Notes under the pieces: model-generated
Seen by the model: the letters and a program-made list of their open reading frames with translations, nothing else
Told to the model about the DNA's origin: nothing
Database searches by the model: none
Made by a program: the position numbers and the translations under genes
NCBI RefSeq assembly: GCF_009914755.1
Contig: NC_060925.1
Direction: 5' to 3' (one strand)
From: the human T2T-CHM13v2.0 reference genome, Homo sapiens
DNA length: 64,000 nt
Part shown: one piece after another, positions 58,530 to 64,000 of the stretch
Numbering within the stretch: position 1 is the stretch's first letter
How the letters are laid out: each line of letters begins with the position of its first letter

Positions 58530-59499
58530 CCCCTACAACAAAGAATTATTCAGCCAAAAATGTCAATAATGTTGAGGGTGAGAAACCTTGCTTTCTAAGG
58601 AGGAAGAGAAAGAGGCAAGGATATTTGATACATAAAGAAAAGAAAAAGTGGCCTTACTGAAGGGAAAAACGGGACAAGAGTGTGAACCAGATCTAAATAA
58701 AGCTGATAAGATGAAAGAGAAGAAAGAATACATTTAAAACAAAATTAAGATGATCTATAATGGAGGATTGGATGTGTAAGACTGGTAGAAAATCCAACTC
58801 ATGAAAAATAAAGATGGAATGTATATAAAGTTGGGTGGATGCTGCATTATGTGTTAAGATCTGCAAATGCAAAATGCAGGGAAACAGGAAGTAGAGGCAG
58901 AGGGAAGTCAGATGAGTAGCAGGCTCTGAAAGAAAGAAAAATCCAATTTCTTGTGTATATATTATAGGAAGTTTAATGCACAGACCTGGCACAAAAAAGA
59001 GAGGTGAAATAAGGTATGAAAGGGACACATCACAGAGTACACAGTGATAGAGAAACACACAAAGACATAGACACACAGGCATGGAGGTGATTAGAGCTTG
59101 CTCCCAAAGATCAAAAGCCATGCCTTGGTCCAAACGTCCCTCCTGCCCTTAGAATGAGTAGCTCTTATCAGCAAGATGGTTCCTGAAATGGGTGGAGAGT
59201 GACCCAGATGGTGGCCACTTTATTTCCCAGTCCCTCTCAGCTACAAGCTGCTGAGTCTTATCAAAAAGCTGCTTTCTGACAACTGTTGCCTCAAGGACCC
59301 AGGAAGGAGGAAGCTATCCAGTACAGTGGCCAATTACTTTCTATTTCCCTAGCTCTGTGTAGCAAAAGCAATATAAAAGAACAAACATCTAAAAGGAGTA
59401 TGTTTTAAATTGGCATGATCTTACTTCACACCAACGTAGGAAAGAAGAAGCAAGAAAATGAAGAAGATAAAAGGTGGAGAGGGGACCGTGGTGAGGGAC

Positions 59500-60065
59500 C
59501 CCAGAAGAAGATTGCCATTGTTGAAAGCACAGGCTTTTATAAGAAACCAATGAGGGCTGGATGTCTCATTTGCACAAGGCATGAATTTCTGGTAGCTCCG
59601 CTCTGTCCTCCTAGTGTGCATGTGGGCCCTTAGCTTGAGTTACTCCATATTGCTTTTTCCTCTTACTGCACATGTGTTAGTGGACAGAATTTTCCATTGC
59701 AGGCATGTCTGGGTAAGTCACCTGTGTAGCCTTTTTTATCTGTGCGGTTGTGGGCATGTCTTAGATAAGCCCCTCTGTGCAGGCTCCCTTATCTATGTCT
59801 GCCGGTTGTTCTTTTGTTTGAAAGGATTCAACCAAAGACCCACCCTAACTGCCTGCTTGACTGGTGTCTTCCTTCTCTCTCAAAACACCCCCATTGCCCT
59901 CTGAAGCTTGGCTGAAAAGTCAACTCACAAAAGGCAGATTAGTTGGAGAAATGGCATACAAATTTATAATGTGCACATGGAGAGAATCACAGAGTGATTG
60001 CCCACCCTCTAACAGAGTTCAGAAGCTTGTCTACCATCCTGGCAAAACAGATTATGAGACAGGGG
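59500..60065. mobile_element. Unassigned ERV1 (MER4-group-like) LTR fragments
   Basis: LTR-like composition and motifs; family not identified. Confidence 0.35.
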
Positions 60066-60272
60066 AAAGAGGAATATAATATATTAGTGTATATATATAT
60101 GTATATATATATATAATATTTATATTAGTACATATTAATACTACAGGGAAATTAAATTAGAAATCAAAAATAAATCAACTAGAGAATCCCCAAATGTCTG
60201 GAAATTAAGCAACATATTTCCACATAACTCATATGTGAAGAAAGAACTCACAATGAAAATTAGAAAACAGTT

Positions 60273-60550
60273 TGTAATCCCACCACTTTGGGAGGCTGAG
60301 GCAGGCAAATCACTTGAGGCAGGTAGTTCAAGACCAGCCTGGCCAACATGGCAAAACCCCATCTCTCCAAAAAATCAAAAATTTATCAGGCGTGGAGGCA
60401 TGGGCCTGTAATCTCAGCTACTTAGTAGGTTGAGGCACAAGAATCACTTGAAACCCGGAGGTGGAGGTTGAAGTGAGCAGAGATTGTGTCAGCACACTTC
60501 AGCCTGGGTGACAAAGCAAGACACTGTCTCAAAAAAAAAAAAAAAAAAAA
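60273..60550 (+). mobile_element. 5'-truncated AluS
   Basis: Starts at TGTAATCCC; pure A tail. Confidence 0.9.
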
Positions 60551-60708
60551 GCATATTTATATTCTGTCTGTATACACTCTGAAACTGTTTTTATAAGACT
60601 ATTTCTTAGTTTCTTAAATTTCCTCCTGACTATTGCTTTAGCTTTGTCATATAAATTTTGATAGGCCATATTTTAATTATCATTTAGTTCCAAATATTTT
60701 CTAATTTT

Positions 60709-61020
60709 CGTGTGTGTGTGTGTGTGTGTGTATTTTGAGACAAGGTCTCACTCTGTCACCCATGCTAGAGTGCAGGTGGTGTGATCTCGGCTCACTGCAA
60801 CATCCACCTCCCAGTTTCAAGCAATTCTCCTGCCTCAGCCTCCTGAGTAGCTGGGACTACAGGTCTGCACCACCATGTCCAGCTAATTTTAGTATTTTTT
60901 TGTAGAGATAGGGTTTCACCATGTTGGCCCGGCAGGTCTTAAACTCTTGACCCCAAGTCATCTGCCTGCCTCAGCCTCCCAAAGTACTGACATTACAGGT
61001 GAGAGTCACCACGCCCAGCC
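60709..61020 (-). mobile_element. AluS with adjacent (TG)n
   Basis: Antisense dimer; TG repeat at about 60709-60731. Confidence 0.9.
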
Positions 61021-61356
61021 TCAGAATATCCTTGATACTGATACTTGGCAAGGACACTACAGGAATGGAAAAGTACACACCAGTCTTATGAACAAATATG
61101 CAAAAATCCTAAGCAACATATTAGCAAATTGAAAAGGACACTACATCATGATCAACTAAGATTTACTCTAGGAATGTAAGAGTGATTTAACATTGAAGAA
61201 TCAATCATTGTAACTCATTACATTATCAGAACAAAGAAGAAAAATTATATACTCATCTTAATAGATATATAAAGAGCATTTGATAAGATTCAACACCTAT
61301 TCATGATTTAACTACAACAAAAAAACACCTCTCAAAAAACTAGGAATAGAAAAAGA

Positions 61357-61652
61357 CTTTTTTTTGTTGTTTTTTTAAAGACAGGGTCTCAAGGTCTCAC
61401 TCTGTTCAAAGTGAGAGTGAGAGGCAGGATTGCAGGAGTACAGTGGCTCTCCTGGGCTTAAGCAATCCTCCCACCTCGGCCTCCCAAGTAGCTGGGACTA
61501 CAGGACATGGCACCACAACTGGCTAACTTTTGTATTTTTTGCAAAGGTGGTATTTCACCATGTTGCCCAGTCTGGTCTCAAACTCAAGCAGTCCTCCTGC
61601 CTTGGCCTCTCAAAGTTCTGGGATTGCAGGTGTGAGCTACTGCACCTGGCCC
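61357..61652 (-). mobile_element. AluJ with internally scrambled right arm
   Basis: 'ctcctgggcttaagcaatcctcccacctcggcctcccaagtagctgggactacagg'. Confidence 0.85.
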
Positions 61653-63140
61653 AAAGAGACTTTCTTAATCTGATAAAGGTATCTACAAAATATCTCTAGG
61701 TAACAGCATACTTAATGGTAAAATATAGAATTCTTTAGAATGTTTTTCTCCCTGAGATTGGGAACAAGAAAAAAGATATCCATTATTTTCACTATTCAAT
61801 ATTGTACTCAAGGTCCTAGCTAGTCCAATAAGAGAAGGAAACAAAAATATTGGAAAGGAAGAATCAATATGTAATTACTCACAAATGACATAATTATATA
61901 CATATAAAATCCAGAAGAATCTACAAATACTAGAATTAAGTGAATTAAACAAGTTCACTAAATGTAAGGTCCATACATAAAAATTTATTATATTTTTATA
62001 TACCAGCAATAAGCAATTAGAAAATGGAATTTTATAAAAATACCATTTACAATAGCACCAAGAAAAACCCCTAAGAATAAACCTAATGAAAGATGCACAA
62101 GATCTCTATCCTGAAAACTATAAACCACAGTTGAGAAAAATTAAATAAAACTTAAAATGAAGAGCCATACCATCTCCATGGTTTGAAATACACAATATAA
62201 TAAAGACGTCAATTTTTCCAAAATTGATCTGTAAACTTAATGCACCCCTATAAAACCCAGATATTTGTATGTGAAATTGACAAGCTGCTTTTAAATTTTA
62301 TATTGAAATGCACCTAATGTAGCCAAAATAGTCTTGAATAAAAACAAATCTGGACTGTTTACACTACCAGATAATCAAGGTAAGGATAGTCACACAGACC
62401 AATGGAACAAGGAACAGAACAGAGAGTTCAGAAGCAGACCTGCACATCTGTAGTCACCTCATGCACAACAAAAGCACAACTGTAATTCAGTAGGGGAAAT
62501 TATGGTCTTTTCAATAAATACTCTCAACTTACTGGCTATCACAGAGGAAAACAAAACAAAACAAAAACCTTGAACCTTTCCTCACACCATACACAAAAAT
62601 ATTTTGAGATCAATCAGTATACCTAAATGTTAAAGGTCAAGCAGCAAGGCTTCTAGAATCATATATTGTATAATATCTTCATGAATTTGGGAAAGCTGTC
62701 TTAAATATGACACAAAAACATTATACATAAAAGATTAAATTGGACTGTACTAAAATTAAAAATCTCTATTCATCTAATGATACTATTAAGGCAAGCTACA
62801 AACTAGGAGAAAATATTTTCAATATATCTTTCAATACAAAAGACTCAGTATCCAGAACATATAAAGAACTCCCATAAATCAATAAGAAAAGACAATTTAA
62901 TTAAAAATTGTGCAAAAAAAAAAACTTGAAGAGATACTTCACAAAAGACCAATATGTATATAAAAAGGTCTTTAACAACATTAGCCATTAGGGAAAATGC
63001 AAATCAAAACCACAGAACGATATGACTACACTCCCAAGAAAATGGATAGTTAGAAAGACTGACAGTACAATGTACTGGTGGAAATGTGGAATAACTTGTA
63101 CAACCACTTGAAAAGTATTTGGGAGATCAACATAATCTAG

Positions 63141-63584
63141 TATCAAAGAAAAACTTCATGCAAACACTTGTTAAAGATGGTAAGGGGTGGGAGGCATGGT
63201 GATAGGTACAAGGACCATTGCAAGGAGGTCTTGCAGTTGGGGAGAGAAAGTAGATTAACTCCAACTCCAATAAGGACAAGTGGGAATTTATAACCAAGGA
63301 GAAGGGTGGGGTCAGTGGATGAAAAATGCCTATGAGGAAACATCAAGGATAAGGAATGTCTGGCTAAACTGACTTGATAGGGTTATTGCTGAAGGCAGGC
63401 CATGGTGGAAAGATGCTGAGAATGGTCAGATACCAAACGTGGGGATTTTCCCTAAACTGACTTAGCAGGATTCTTGCTCAAACTGGATTCTGCAAGGACA
63501 GAGAGGGAAGCCCAAGGTCAGACCTAGTCAGAGAAGACTCAGGATCCTGACTTAAGTTTTGGTCAAAGGAGGGAGTCTTTGTCA
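63141..63584 (-). mobile_element. MER31-like ERV1 solo LTR
   Basis: Minus strand starts TGACAAAGACTCCCTCCTTTGACCAAAACTTAAGTCAGG; 4-bp TSD CTAG (63137-63140, 63585-63588). Confidence 0.75.
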
Positions 63585-64000
63585 CTAGATAGATGTATAC
63601 CCTGTCACCCAGCAATGTCACTCTTTGTATATTTGCAACTGAAATCAATGCTTACATCTATGGCATCTTCATTCATAATAGTCCCAAACTGGAAATAGTC
63701 CAAATGTTCATCAAGAGTGGGTGGTAAGTAAATTGCAGTATTTTTTACAGTGGAATGGAATGGAAAAAGAACATATTACTGCTACATTCAACAACTTGGC
63801 TGAATCTCATATAGAAAATGTTATGTCACAATAGCGAAATGCAAGAGTACATACAGCATATTTCTGTTTATATGAAGTTCAAAAACAGGCAAAATTAACC
63901 TATGTGGCATAGAAGTCAGAATAGCAATTATCTTTTGGGGGGATTTACTGGAAGGGAATGCAAAGGAAACTTCTAGAATGCTGGAAATATTCTTTGGTGA

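Larger units (their letters stand above)
60140..64000 (+). mobile_element. Fragmented old L1M (ORF2 to 3' UTR) interrupted by Alus and an LTR
   Basis: 'tgcaaaaatcctaagcaacatattagcaaat', 'gcatttgataagattcaacac', 'aaataccatttacaatagca', 'ccaaactggaaatagtccaaatgttcatcaa'. Confidence 0.8.

Noticed and set aside
58693-59133. 146-aa hydrophobic minus-strand ORF
   Set aside because: It reflects the complement of a purine-rich low-complexity tract, has a non-ATG start and shows no homology signal.

Overview
This is human (primate) genomic DNA holding the complete 14-exon CLCA2 gene on the + strand. The CDS runs from ATG 22270 to TAA 53548; hand-joined exons give 2832 nt = 943 aa plus stop, with all introns GT-AG and phases consistent. 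Upstream lie (i) an RPL7L1 processed pseudogene that splits an MLT1A-type LTR and (ii) a near-full-length defective class III endogenous retrovirus (HERV-S/HERVL18 with LTR18A-type LTRs, 7372-14702, minus strand). The provirus landed inside an AluJ target-site duplication and was later invaded by an MLT2A (HERV-L) solo LTR and an AluS; a young AluYa-lineage element sits beside it. Introns and the 3' flank carry many Alu, L1, L2, MIR, MER and LTR remnants. I see no convincing wholly new biological system. The most novel-looking signals are a degenerate dUTPase-like domain between integrase and env of the provirus, a single-TSD Alu/L1 chimeric insertion, an orphan UTR-only retrocopy in intron 10, a nested-LTR AP-1/bZIP/DUX-motif cassette upstream of CLCA2, and a small TA-flanked inverted-repeat insertion inside a MER5. 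Repeat family names come from recall of consensus sequences, not from a search.
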